A stretch of 64,000 bases of DNA from an uncultured bacterium (GTDB lineage: Bacteria > Verrucomicrobiota > Kiritimatiellia > RFP12 > UBA1067): contig CADCAK010000001.1 in assembly GCA_902799385.1 (NCBI GenBank), positions 30,670 through 94,669 on the forward strand, written 5' to 3'. This document shows, one piece after another, positions 55,981 to 64,000 of the stretch (the first letter of the stretch is position 1; each line of letters opens with the position of its first letter). The notes below the pieces were generated by a model. The model saw nothing but the letters and a program-made list of their open reading frames with translations, did not search any database and was not told the origin of the DNA. A program made the position numbers and the translations under genes.

Positions 55981-56547
55981 TCAGAGTATTTTCTTAAGTT
56001 GCTTGTCTGCGGCAGAGGCGACCTTGTCGAAAAGCGAATTTCCGTGCGCGTCCATCGCGACCACGCCGCGAAAGCCCTCTACCTCGAAATGCCAGCACGC
56101 CTCGGCCGCGCCGAACTTGTCGAGAAGGTCAACGCCCGCGACCTTCTTCACAGAGGCGGCGTAAAGCGCGCCCGCGCCGCCAACTGCCTGAACGTAGACG
56201 CAGCCGTGCTTCTTCATGGCGGCGAGAGTCGCGTCGTCCATGCCGCCCTTGCCGATTATGATGCGGACGCCAGACGACTTGATGAAGGCGGGCTCGTATG
56301 GGTTTTCCCTGACGCTCGTCGTCGGCCCTGCCGAGACGACTTCCCAGCCGTTCTCGCGCTTGACGCACACGGGCCCGCAATGGTAGAGCGCACCATCATG
56401 GAAGTCGACGGGGATCTTCCCGCCGTCGGCGAAGAACTTGTGAAACTTGTCTCGCCCGGTGTGGATTAGGCCGGAAATGACCACGGAATCGCCCGCCTTC
56501 AGCGAACGTATCCGCTTCTCGTCAAATGGATGTTTCAGCTCTTTCAT
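55981..56547 (-). CDS. Fe-S hydro-lyase beta subunit (fumarate hydratase class I / tartrate dehydratase beta)
   Basis: ~190 aa. GRDKFHKFFADGG....GPVCVKRENGW..SAGPTTS.RENPYEP....GVRIIIGKGGM matches the FumB/TtdB C-terminal domain family. No alpha subunit adjacent. Confidence 0.7.
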   Translation of the reverse strand: MKELKHPFDEKRIRSLKAGDSVVISGLIHTGRDKFHKFFADGGKIPVDFHDGALYHCGPVCVKRENGWEVVSAGPTTSVRENPYEPAFIKSSGVRIIIGKGGMDDATLAAMKKHGCVYVQAVGGAGALYAASVKKVAGVDLLDKFGAAEACWHFEVEGFRGVVAMDAHGNSLFDKVASAADKQLKKIL

Positions 56548-57824
56548 GGCGTTGATGACAATATTGTGCCATCTTCGCCATCGCCTGTCAAGAAGCAAAG
56601 GCCCATTTCTCCATACGCAAAGTTTTTTACGACTCTTCGTTCACCGTTTCCGGTTTTCAGTCCGATCGCCTCTGCGACGGCTGCACCGTATGCCCTGGCG
56701 AGGGACATCATGCCGTAGTCGTTGGGGTGGACGCCGTCGACCGTCCCCTCCAGGTCGTTTGCATACATCTTGTCCTTGGAGAGGTAGACAAGGTTCTTCC
56801 ACCCTTCGGACACGAGTTTCTCGTACACCGACCTGAGATAGACGTCCTTTGCGCACGGGCCGCCGCAGTACACGTCGCACTGCTCCGCCATGACGATGGG
56901 AACGCCAGGACGCTTCGCGCGGAGGTTGCGGATGAACGGCTCGTAGTTTTCGTCCATGTTGCGTCCTGCGCACGCCCTGGCGTCGTTTGACATGCGCATG
57001 TTGTGCAGGCAGTCGAGTACATAGCAGCTTGCGTCAATGCGGGCGAGGTGCTCGCTCATCTCGTATTCCATCACGCCGGACCCGGAAAAGCCAAGGTTGA
57101 CCACGGGCACGTCCAGTTCTCGCCCGACGATATTGACGAACGACATCCCCGGACGCGACGCGCAGCCGCCGTGCGTGATGGAGGTGCCGTAGAACACGAC
57201 GGGCTTCTCAACGCCGCTCTTGCGCGGTGGAAGCGCGTGAACCGCCGCGTTTGTCTCCACTCCAAGCGCAAATTTCTTCACGCCGTTGTAGAGAGGCAGG
57301 TTCACTAGACAAGGCGTGCCGGGCGACCACGGCAGCTCGAGCTGGGCGCCGGAAGGTTTCTCTATGCGACCGGTCTTGACATACAGCCAGCGCCCACGCG
57401 CCGCGTCGAACCGGTAGACGTCGATGCCGCTCATGCCGGACTTCGGCATGTGGTCCATCGACATCCATCCGGCGTTGTAGGGCACCCACTTGAAGAAAAG
57501 CCTCTTTGAGTCGGTGGAGAAGCGGAACTGCATTCCGGACGTGTGGTGCTTCATGTTCCTGACTCCCTTGTTGACATTTGTCGACACCCCAGAAGGCAGT
57601 CGGTCGTAATAGTGGTCCACGTCGTCGAACGCGCGGCCTTCGATCGGAAGAATCTTTCCGTCGATCCACTTTATCCCGTTCGTGACCGAGATCCCGTCCA
57701 CCGACATGTTGGGATCATATTCGGCGATGTTCCCGGCGGCGCCAAACGCGGATAGGGACGCCAGCGCCATGGCCGCGAACATGACGGACGTTGCATGCTT
57801 CTTGTTCGTGATCTTCGTTTTCAT
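56544..57824 (-). CDS. secreted SGNH/GDSL-family hydrolase (esterase) with N-terminal beta-sandwich domain
   Basis: Signal peptide MKTKITNKKHATSVMFAAMALASLSAFGA. Block I GTSITHG, catalytic DxxH-like DGVHPND near the C-terminus. ATGA overlap with the downstream gene. An alternative upstream ATG at 57863 abuts a TATACT box. Confidence 0.7.
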   Translation of the reverse strand: MKTKITNKKHATSVMFAAMALASLSAFGAAGNIAEYDPNMSVDGISVTNGIKWIDGKILPIEGRAFDDVDHYYDRLPSGVSTNVNKGVRNMKHHTSGMQFRFSTDSKRLFFKWVPYNAGWMSMDHMPKSGMSGIDVYRFDAARGRWLYVKTGRIEKPSGAQLELPWSPGTPCLVNLPLYNGVKKFALGVETNAAVHALPPRKSGVEKPVVFYGTSITHGGCASRPGMSFVNIVGRELDVPVVNLGFSGSGVMEYEMSEHLARIDASCYVLDCLHNMRMSNDARACAGRNMDENYEPFIRNLRAKRPGVPIVMAEQCDVYCGGPCAKDVYLRSVYEKLVSEGWKNLVYLSKDKMYANDLEGTVDGVHPNDYGMMSLARAYGAAVAEAIGLKTGNGERRVVKNFAYGEMGLCFLTGDGEDGTILSSTP

Positions 57825-57877
57825 GATTTTCTTTGCCTCGTATGGCTTGTTGAATTTCCTCATAGTATATCATAAGA

Positions 57878-58092
57878 TGGTATAATATGGTTATGAGCAT
57901 ACGAATCCCCCTTGTCAATTGCATAAATATAAATGGTATAATATGCACTATATGAAGTTGGGCAGATATAGGAAAAGCAGCAAGCCAGTCGCAATGTGCG
58001 ACCGGTCTGCTCTGTTCGGCTTCACGAATCCGACCTCTACCGAAATCCCGCGCATCAAAAAGTCGGCATTTGTGCAAGGTTAAATGGTATAA
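57878..58092 (+). promoter_or_regulatory. cluster of three TGGTATAAT extended -10 elements (57878, 57937, 58084) in a 215-bp ORF-poor stretch
   Basis: Direct reading. Only short ORFs follow the first two; the third precedes the ORF6N gene. Confidence 0.4.
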
Positions 58093-58226
58093 TATACGGC
58101 AAAGCGGGAAATGATTATGAGTAGTAGAAAAGCAGTATTTGGCAAGGTTGCGACAATCCCGCGCATGCTGATGCGATATCCTACTCGGATGTCCAGCAGA
58201 GAATCATCTGCATTCGTGACAAGTCT

Positions 58227-58739
58227 GTGATCATCGATGTTGACGTGGCGGCCCTGTACGGGGTCGAGACGAAACATGTCAACCAAGCTGTGCGAAACAA
58301 CCGGGATAAGTTCCCGGCAGACTATGTGTTTGAGTTGACTTCGGGAGAGGTCGAGAATTTGCGGTCAAAAATTTTGACCACAAAATTGTCGTCGAAGAGC
58401 CGGGTCGCGCCTAATGCGTTCACGGAGAAGGGTCTTTATATGCTTGCTACGATTCTCAAAAGCAAGCGGGCGACTGCGGCGACGTTTGCAATCATAGAGA
58501 CGTTTGCGAAGGTGCGTGGACTGAAGTGTGAACTGGTCGAGCTGCACAAGGAGGGCGACAAGCGCAAACAGGCGGACAAGATGCGGCATTTCGGCGAGAC
58601 GCTTGCGGACATCGTAATGCCAGACCTTGAAACCGTCGAAACGGAATCTTCGCTTGAGCTGAACTTCTTCATCGGAAAGATCAAGCATACTGTCCGCCGT
58701 ATCAGGAAAGTGGAGCCGAAGAAAGTCGGGGCGAAATGA
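58227..58739 (+). CDS. ORF6N-domain (KilA-N-related) DNA-binding protein; true N-terminus probably upstream (frameshifted or non-canonical start)
   Basis: ORF6N signature ..DVDVAALYGVETKHVNQAVRNNRDKFPADYVFELTSGEVENLRSKI......APNAFTEKGLYMLATILKSKRA. The conserved preceding segment RIICIRDKSVII is encoded in frame from 58128 but has no ATG/GTG/TTG. An ATG at 58117 is in the +1 frame. Confidence 0.7.
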   Translation: MIIDVDVAALYGVETKHVNQAVRNNRDKFPADYVFELTSGEVENLRSKILTTKLSSKSRVAPNAFTEKGLYMLATILKSKRATAATFAIIETFAKVRGLKCELVELHKEGDKRKQADKMRHFGETLADIVMPDLETVETESSLELNFFIGKIKHTVRRIRKVEPKKVGAK

Positions 58740-58941
58740 AAAACTTCGAATCAAAGAGTTTTTACTTTCAGAGCCGGATAGTGCGCTATGGTGGACAAGT
58801 CGGCTTCACGAACCTGAACGCTGCCGAAATCCGCAATTGAAGCGGAACTTGCGGGGACTAGCTAAAGCGTTGTCGAACGCCTGTTTGCGCGTGGGTCGGG
58901 CTCGCGGCAGTTTTGCCGCGCTGATTTTTGCTATAATATTT

Positions 58942-59147
58942 ACATCCTGCGAGGCGGTATGCGCGACGCGGGGTCATAGTCCGGGAAACGGAACGGTAGG
59001 GGCGCCTCTCCGAGGCGACCGTAACAATCCCGCCGGGCGCTTGTCAATGTAGCATCAAAGCTACACGTCGTTCAGCCAAAATACGACCAATATTTTATTC
59101 CAGAACGACCTGTAAGTGGAGATGCGCCCAGCTGGGCGCATTTTTCT
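58942..59147 (+). ncRNA. candidate small RNA (promoter TGCTATAAT at 58927-58935 to intrinsic terminator at 59122-59147), ~200 nt
   Basis: Extended -10-like TGCTATAAT. No convincing ORF (only a 71-aa ORF lacking an RBS). Ends in a perfect hairpin ATGCGCCCA-GC-TGGGCGCAT followed by TTTTT. Confidence 0.3.
59122..59147 (+). terminator. rho-independent terminator (9-bp perfect stem, 2-nt loop, T5 tract)
   Basis: gATGCGCCCAgcTGGGCGCATTTTTct. Confidence 0.6.
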
Positions 59148-59361
59148 TCATGTATTCTGGAAAGGCCTTTGGTCGGGCTTGGCTGAGTGCATGAGAGGAA
59201 GTGCGCTCTTTTTATGCATGCGAGGCGGTCTCCGCGACTATTTGTGCGCAGAGAGCGAGAGGCCATAACAAGACATGAATAGTGGGTTCCAGGCGTTTGG
59301 ACGCCTTGCCATAATGTTTGTCCTAATTAGCCTTTCGACCGTTGCACATGGAGGCGCGACT

Positions 59362-60252
59362 ATGCGCGCAAGACCATTCGTAAAGTGGGCTGGGGGCAAA
59401 GGACAGTTATTGGAACAGTTGGACGCGCTTTTGCCGAATGATTTTGCGCAAAGAGAGGATCTTGTTTATGTCGAACCTTTTGTCGGCGGTGCTGCGATGC
59501 TTTTCCATGTTCTTGCGAAATACCCAAACATCAAACGAGCTGTCATAAACGATGCTAACTCGGAACTCGTTGCCACGTACAAGACGATTAAGACTAAGCC
59601 TGAAGAGCTGATAGGACGCCTATCCAAGCTGCAAGAAGAATTCAGCAAGTGTGCAACCGAGGAGTTGCGACAAGACATGTATCTCAAGCTGCGAGACAAG
59701 TTCAATTCGCGTAAGAGCGACGAGCTTGAAATGTCGTCGCTTTTCATCTTTCTCAACAAGACATGCTTCAATGGTCTTTATCGGGTCAATTCAAAAGGGG
59801 AATTCAATGTCCCATTTGGGAAGGCGAAAAACCCGACTATCTGCGACGCGGACAACATACGTGCACTTAACAAGGTGTTGCAGAAGGTGATGATATTGAA
59901 TGGCGATTTTGAGGATGTCATGAAATCCGTAAAAGGCAAGGCGTTCTTCTATTTTGATCCTCCATATCGGCCGCTTACACAAAGCGCGGCGTTTACGGCA
60001 TACGCAAAAGGCGGCTTTAATGATGACGAGCAACGGAGGTTGGCACAGTTTTGCCGTAAGCTGGACAGGGCTGGGCACCAGTGGATGCTCTCGAATTCCG
60101 ATCCACATAACATCAATCCAGACGATGATTTCTTTGAAGAACTTTATCAGGGATTTGACATAAAGCGTGTTGTGGCATCTCGCGCCATCAATTCAAAAGG
60201 TGATGGGCGCGGCAAGATAGCAGAACTTGCGATAAGGAACTATGGGGAGTAG
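59362..60252 (+). CDS. Dam-family N6-adenine DNA methyltransferase (GATC-type; DpnM-like)
   Basis: N-terminal RPFVKWAGGK and YVEPFVGGAAMLF (AdoMet site). DPPY catalytic motif. Start at M30 of the track ORF. Confidence 0.85.
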   Translation: MRARPFVKWAGGKGQLLEQLDALLPNDFAQREDLVYVEPFVGGAAMLFHVLAKYPNIKRAVINDANSELVATYKTIKTKPEELIGRLSKLQEEFSKCATEELRQDMYLKLRDKFNSRKSDELEMSSLFIFLNKTCFNGLYRVNSKGEFNVPFGKAKNPTICDADNIRALNKVLQKVMILNGDFEDVMKSVKGKAFFYFDPPYRPLTQSAAFTAYAKGGFNDDEQRRLAQFCRKLDRAGHQWMLSNSDPHNINPDDDFFEELYQGFDIKRVVASRAINSKGDGRGKIAELAIRNYGE

Positions 60253-60257
60253 ATGAC

Positions 60258-61103
60258 ATGAGGAATTTTGATACATGGCTGGCGCAATTTCGTGACAGCA
60301 TTTCAAATTACAGTTATTATACGGATTTTGAAAAGGTCATAGAGAACGCTCGTCCGCTTAAGGCGGAACTGCACACCCTGAATTCTCTTATAGGGTCTAG
60401 CGATATTGAGGCTGAGTTTCGCGCGCTTCTGAAAAACTATCCGTCGATATTGCGCGCAATTCCGATTTTGCTGGCGAAACGGGAGTCTGAGATTTACGCA
60501 AAGGACGATGAGGGTGGTGGTCTCTACCGCTTCGATGTCATGGTGCAGGATGTTGACGAGTATTGTGTATTCATGCGGAAGACTGGCCTTTTCGATCTCA
60601 TATCGAAGCATCTCGTGAATAACCTTTATGATTATGTGATTGGCGTGGAAACAGGATTGGATTCAAACGGTCGTAAGAACAGGGGAGGGCACTTAATGGA
60701 AGACCTTGTTGAAGGATTTCTTAAGCGCGCTGGCGTTGAATATTACAAGGAAATGTACTCTGATGACTTGGTGCATAGATGGGGCATAGACATTTCTGCG
60801 CTGACGAATACGGGAAAGACACTGAAGCGGTTCGACTTTGTTGTTAAGACATCCGCATGCGTATATGCAATAGAGACGAATTTCTATGGAAGCGGCGGTT
60901 CTAAACTGAACGAGACAGCTCGAAGCTACAAGATGTTGGCTGTTGAGGCGCAGAATATCAAAGGGTTTAAGTTCGTGTGGTTTACTGATGGGGCGGGGTG
61001 GAAGAGTGCAAGACAGAACCTTAGGGAGACTTTTGATGTTCTCCCTACTGTGTTCAACATAAAGGAAATGGAAGACGGAGTCATGTCTTCGCTTTTCATC
61101 TAA
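60258..61103 (+). CDS. DpnII/MboI-family type II restriction endonuclease
   Basis: ~280 aa. Collinear with the DpnII family and flanked by two GATC-type MTases. 6-nt spacing after the Dam gene. Confidence 0.75.
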   Translation: MRNFDTWLAQFRDSISNYSYYTDFEKVIENARPLKAELHTLNSLIGSSDIEAEFRALLKNYPSILRAIPILLAKRESEIYAKDDEGGGLYRFDVMVQDVDEYCVFMRKTGLFDLISKHLVNNLYDYVIGVETGLDSNGRKNRGGHLMEDLVEGFLKRAGVEYYKEMYSDDLVHRWGIDISALTNTGKTLKRFDFVVKTSACVYAIETNFYGSGGSKLNETARSYKMLAVEAQNIKGFKFVWFTDGAGWKSARQNLRETFDVLPTVFNIKEMEDGVMSSLFI

Positions 61104-61109
61104 AGAGGG

Positions 61110-61922
61110 ATGTCGCCTTTTTTTACATCAAATGGAAATGACTTTGCTCTCTATCGGGGTGATTGTAGAGAGATTATGCCAGAACTTGGCGGCTATTTCG
61201 ATATGATATTTGCCGATCCGCCGTATTTCCTCTCTAATGGTGGCATGTCTGTACACTCGGGAAAGGCCGTGTGCGTCAACAAGGGCGAGTGGGACAAATC
61301 AAGCGGGTATGCAGAAGATTCGGCATTTAACTATGAGTGGCTAAGGGTGTGCCGTGAGAAGCTGACTGATGCTGGCACAATTTGGGTTTGCGGTACGTTT
61401 CATAACATCTTTTCTGTTGCAAACGCATTGACAGAACTGGACTATCGCATACTTAATGCGATTACGTGGCAGAAGACGAATCCTCCTCCAAATCTGAGTT
61501 GCAGATTCTTCACCCATTCGACGGAAGTTGTTTTATGGGCGCGAAAGACAAAGCGAGTACCACATTATTTTAACTACGATTTGATGCGCCAGTTCGCGGG
61601 CAACAGGCAGATGACCGACGTATGGCGGATGCCTGCAATCGCGCCGTGGGAAAAGACATGCGGCAGACATCCAACGCAAAAGCCGTTGGCATTGGTCGTC
61701 CGCGCGATTCTTGCTTGCACGAAAAAGAGTGCGCGAGTTCTTGATCCATTCGCGGGGAGTGGGACGACAGGCGTAGCGGCAAATCTTGTTGGGCGGCGGT
61801 TTGTCGGAATTGACAGTGAACGCTCATATCTCGACATGGCTGTTAAACGTAGACTTGAGTTTGAACGTGTTCATTCTGAATGGAGCATGAAAATAGCAGA
61901 CTTGCGTATTCTTGGCGAATGA
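61110..61922 (+). CDS. second N6-adenine DNA methyltransferase (DpnA/ParB-methylase-like, beta-class N6 MTase)
   Basis: DPPY (..FADPPYF), HPTQKPLAL, C-terminal AdoMet motif LDPFAGSGTTGVAA. Confidence 0.8.
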   Translation: MSPFFTSNGNDFALYRGDCREIMPELGGYFDMIFADPPYFLSNGGMSVHSGKAVCVNKGEWDKSSGYAEDSAFNYEWLRVCREKLTDAGTIWVCGTFHNIFSVANALTELDYRILNAITWQKTNPPPNLSCRFFTHSTEVVLWARKTKRVPHYFNYDLMRQFAGNRQMTDVWRMPAIAPWEKTCGRHPTQKPLALVVRAILACTKKSARVLDPFAGSGTTGVAANLVGRRFVGIDSERSYLDMAVKRRLEFERVHSEWSMKIADLRILGE

Positions 61923-61943
61923 ACGTTTTGAAATGCCTTATTA

Positions 61944-61952
61944 TGGTATAAT
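61944..61952 (+). promoter_or_regulatory. extended -10 TGGTATAAT placed for a leaderless transcript of the 61959 ORF
   Basis: -10 ends at 61952 and the GTG start is at 61959, so the predicted transcription start site coincides with the start codon. Confidence 0.45.
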
Positions 61953-61958
61953 GTCTGC

Positions 61959-62657
61959 GTGACACAAAAAGAACAGGTGATTGCTGTGCTTGAGAAATGT
62001 GGCGGATTCGCTACATTTACAGAATTGTATCGTCTAGTGGACACATCTCGCTGGGGGACGAAAACAGCGGCAGCGACTATACGGCGTATTGTTCAACAGG
62101 ACGCCAAATGCTTTTATCGAATCGTGCCAGGACAATGGGGCTTGGTGTCAATGCGTAAGCAGATAGAGGGTTCTGGTGCGGATGCTCGCAATCCTAAATA
62201 TACGCATGGGTATTATCAGGGGCCACTTGTGGACATTGGGAACGCGGAGCACTACATGACTTATGTGCCACCGGCAGATCGTAATAGGCAATATTCCCAA
62301 TCCAAACTTGGGGACAAAACGACCCTTCGGCGGATATATGAGTTTACAGGCCAAAAGATACTTCGTAAGGCAAAGACCGTTGACACGATTTGGTTCAATT
62401 GCCGTGAGATGCCAGACTCATTTTTTGAAGTTGAGCATACGACAGACATCCAACATTCTTTAGACAAGTTTTATGAACTTCAAGATTTTAATGCCAAGTT
62501 TTTCATTGTGTCGGACTTGGCAAACAAAGCGCATTTCGATGATTTGCTAAGCTACTCGCATTACCGGGAGATCTGCAAGCGAGTAGAGTTTCGTGATTAT
62601 GCATGGCTTTACAAGTATTACCGGCTTAAGATGGAAGTATCGGGGATGGTGTTGTGA
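61959..62657 (+). CDS. hypothetical protein (possible winged-helix N-terminus), linked to the GATC R-M cassette
   Basis: 232-aa ORF, no recognisable catalytic motif. Translationally coupled to a downstream small ORF (ATGGTGTTGTGAAGTG overlap). Confidence 0.5.
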   Translation: MTQKEQVIAVLEKCGGFATFTELYRLVDTSRWGTKTAAATIRRIVQQDAKCFYRIVPGQWGLVSMRKQIEGSGADARNPKYTHGYYQGPLVDIGNAEHYMTYVPPADRNRQYSQSKLGDKTTLRRIYEFTGQKILRKAKTVDTIWFNCREMPDSFFEVEHTTDIQHSLDKFYELQDFNAKFFIVSDLANKAHFDDLLSYSHYREICKRVEFRDYAWLYKYYRLKMEVSGMVL

Positions 62658-62818
62658 AGTGGGCTGTTGAAATCACTGAGACCTTGCAGACGAGCGTCGA
62701 GATTGAAGCTGAGTCGGCAGAAGATGCCGAGAGGCAAGCGCGAAGTATGTATCGTTGCGGCGACATAGTGCTTGACGCATCGGATTATGTGGATGTCGCT
62801 TTTGACGCGCAACAATGA
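62654..62818 (+). CDS. small acidic protein, DpnD/PcfM-like (54 aa)
   Basis: GTG-start ORF MKWAVEITETLQTSVEIEAESAEDAERQARSMYRCGDIVLDASDYVDVAFDAQQ. Size and pattern resemble DpnD/PcfM small proteins found with Dpn cassettes. Assignment from memory, unverified. Confidence 0.35.
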   Translation: MKWAVEITETLQTSVEIEAESAEDAERQARSMYRCGDIVLDASDYVDVAFDAQQ

Positions 62819-63783
62819 GATTGTGCTTCATGGGCTGGATTCAGGCGGCGGTGGCGATAGTCGTCTGGGGCGTGACGTTCGCGAGTACGCGGGCGCTGCT
62901 GGAGGACTTCTCGTCGCTTGAAATTCTTGTGCTGCGCTTTTCTCTTGCGTGGGTGGCGCTGTGGATGCTGTGTGCGACGAAATGGCGGCGGGCCCGGAGT
63001 GCCCGCCCTACCTGTGTGGCGGACGTTTTGTGCGTCGAGTGGATTTTTGCCGCGATGGGTTTTACTGGGATTGTCGCGTACCAGTTTCTCGAGAATTGCG
63101 CCATCTACTACACGAATGCAAGCAACGTGGCGATTCTCGTCTCATTCGGTCCGATTGTAACGGCGCTTATGGCGAGGGCGTTTGCAAGGGGCGGACAGTT
63201 CTCGCTGCGTCTCGTCGCCGGTTCCATCGTCGCTGTTTGCGGTGTGGCGCTCATCAGCTTCAACGGGCTCGTCGAGTTCGAGTTGCGTCCGATTGGAGAT
63301 GCGATGGCGCTTTGTGCGATGGCTTCTTGGGGTTTCTACTCAATCCTTCTCGATGTCGCGAACGGCCGCGGCGTTCCGCCGCTCGTGGCCATCCGCAAGG
63401 CATTTGGCTGGTCTCTTGCAATGATGGCGCCGGTTGCCGCGTGGGGGATGACGGAGTCCGGAATCTGCGCCCTCGACGGCTCGTTTGCGGTCATTCTCGA
63501 CGCCGCTGTCAACGCGCAGCGATTTGCGAGCTTGGTCAACTGGATGAACATCGCGTTTCTCGGACTCCTCGCGTCCGCGGCAAGCTTCGTGCTTTGGAGT
63601 GCGGCATGCCGGACGATCGGCGTGGTAAAGATGACGGTCTCGCTTTACCTCGCGCCCATTGTGGGCGTCGTTTTCGCCGCGATGTTTCTGGGGGAGAGGG
63701 TGACTCAACTTGAAATCATCGGCGGTTGTGTCATTCTTGTCGGTGTCGCCCTTGCGACAAAAGTCAAAGGAGGTGGGAAATGA
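62815..63783 (+). CDS. DMT-superfamily (EamA-like) transporter
   Basis: 10 TM helices in two EamA-like halves. Confidence 0.8.
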   Translation: MRLCFMGWIQAAVAIVVWGVTFASTRALLEDFSSLEILVLRFSLAWVALWMLCATKWRRARSARPTCVADVLCVEWIFAAMGFTGIVAYQFLENCAIYYTNASNVAILVSFGPIVTALMARAFARGGQFSLRLVAGSIVAVCGVALISFNGLVEFELRPIGDAMALCAMASWGFYSILLDVANGRGVPPLVAIRKAFGWSLAMMAPVAAWGMTESGICALDGSFAVILDAAVNAQRFASLVNWMNIAFLGLLASAASFVLWSAACRTIGVVKMTVSLYLAPIVGVVFAAMFLGERVTQLEIIGGCVILVGVALATKVKGGGK

Positions 63784-64000
63784 GATTTGCCGCGGCAATC
63801 GCGCTAATTTTGCTGAACTCGACAATCTTCGCCGTGACAAACGCAACGGAGGTGGTTTGCTCTCCCACGACCAATGCTGCCCCGGTAAAGGTTTCCAAGA
63901 AGGTGCCAAAACCCGTGCGTCCGCAATGCGAGGCAACGACACTCTCGGGCGCCCGTTGTAAGCGCCATGCTACTGAAGGTTCCAAATACTGCAGCCAGCA
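63780..64000 (+). CDS. 3'-truncated gene for a secreted protein (signal peptide)
   Basis: MRFAAAIALILLNSTIFAVTNA.. with ATGA overlap to the upstream gene. Runs off the window end. Confidence 0.35.
   Translation, partial: MRFAAAIALILLNSTIFAVTNATEVVCSPTTNAAPVKVSKKVPKPVRPQCEATTLSGARCKRHATEGSKYCSQ

Noticed and set aside
58837-59052. 71-aa ORF (MKRNLRGLAK...) in the candidate sRNA region
   Set aside because: No RBS, Arg/Gly/Ala-rich, and it overlaps the predicted promoter. More consistent with a non-coding transcript, though not excluded.

Overview
This is a high-GC bacterial window. The extended -10 element TGGTATAAT recurs upstream of many genes, and there is a PEP-CTERM protein, a GH92 mannosidase and TonB/SPFH genes. 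From that I infer a Gram-negative, Verrucomicrobia/Lentisphaerae-like host; I cannot verify this.

The left ~17 kb reads as a defense/mobile island. Its contents, in order:
- The 3' part of a TIR-like/APAZ gene, translationally coupled to a short prokaryotic Argonaute (SPARTA-like).
- A type I R-M hsdS, then a RayT/IS200-like HUH gene with an unusual C-terminal extension and REP-like repeats, then hsdR.
- A DUF45 (YgjP-like) metallo-hydrolase, a RadC/JAB protein, and an AlbA_2/HATPase_c_4 ATPase-regulator carrying a His-rich tandem repeat.
- A 21-bp tandem-repeat array, fragmented AlbA_2/HTH remnants, and a 45-aa small membrane-peptide ORF.
- An IS481-like IS with extra solo inverted repeats and a MITE-like element, then a class II Fic protein.

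The middle of the window holds a minus-strand operon in which MoxR and DUF58 are split by an ABC-2 exporter and a GldG-like protein, followed by GH92, a LUD-domain protein, a run of secreted/PEP-CTERM proteins and a large TPR membrane protein. It also holds housekeeping genes (dtd, serA, gspF, dedA, hup, SNF2/SWIM helicase, TonB receptor, secG with a Pro/Ala tail, folC, rimO, proS, tcdA), a tandem pair of SPFH proteins and a chorismate mutase-NUDIX fusion.

The right end carries an ORF6N gene flanked by 40-bp direct repeats, a candidate promoter-to-terminator small RNA, and a DpnII-like GATC R-M cassette (Dam MTase, REase, second MTase) with a DpnD/PcfM-like small ORF and an uncharacterised 232-aa protein.

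Recurrent purine-rich GGGAAYGGGGAA insertions sit inside three conserved housekeeping genes, and several genes appear to be leaderless behind TGGTATAAT promoters.
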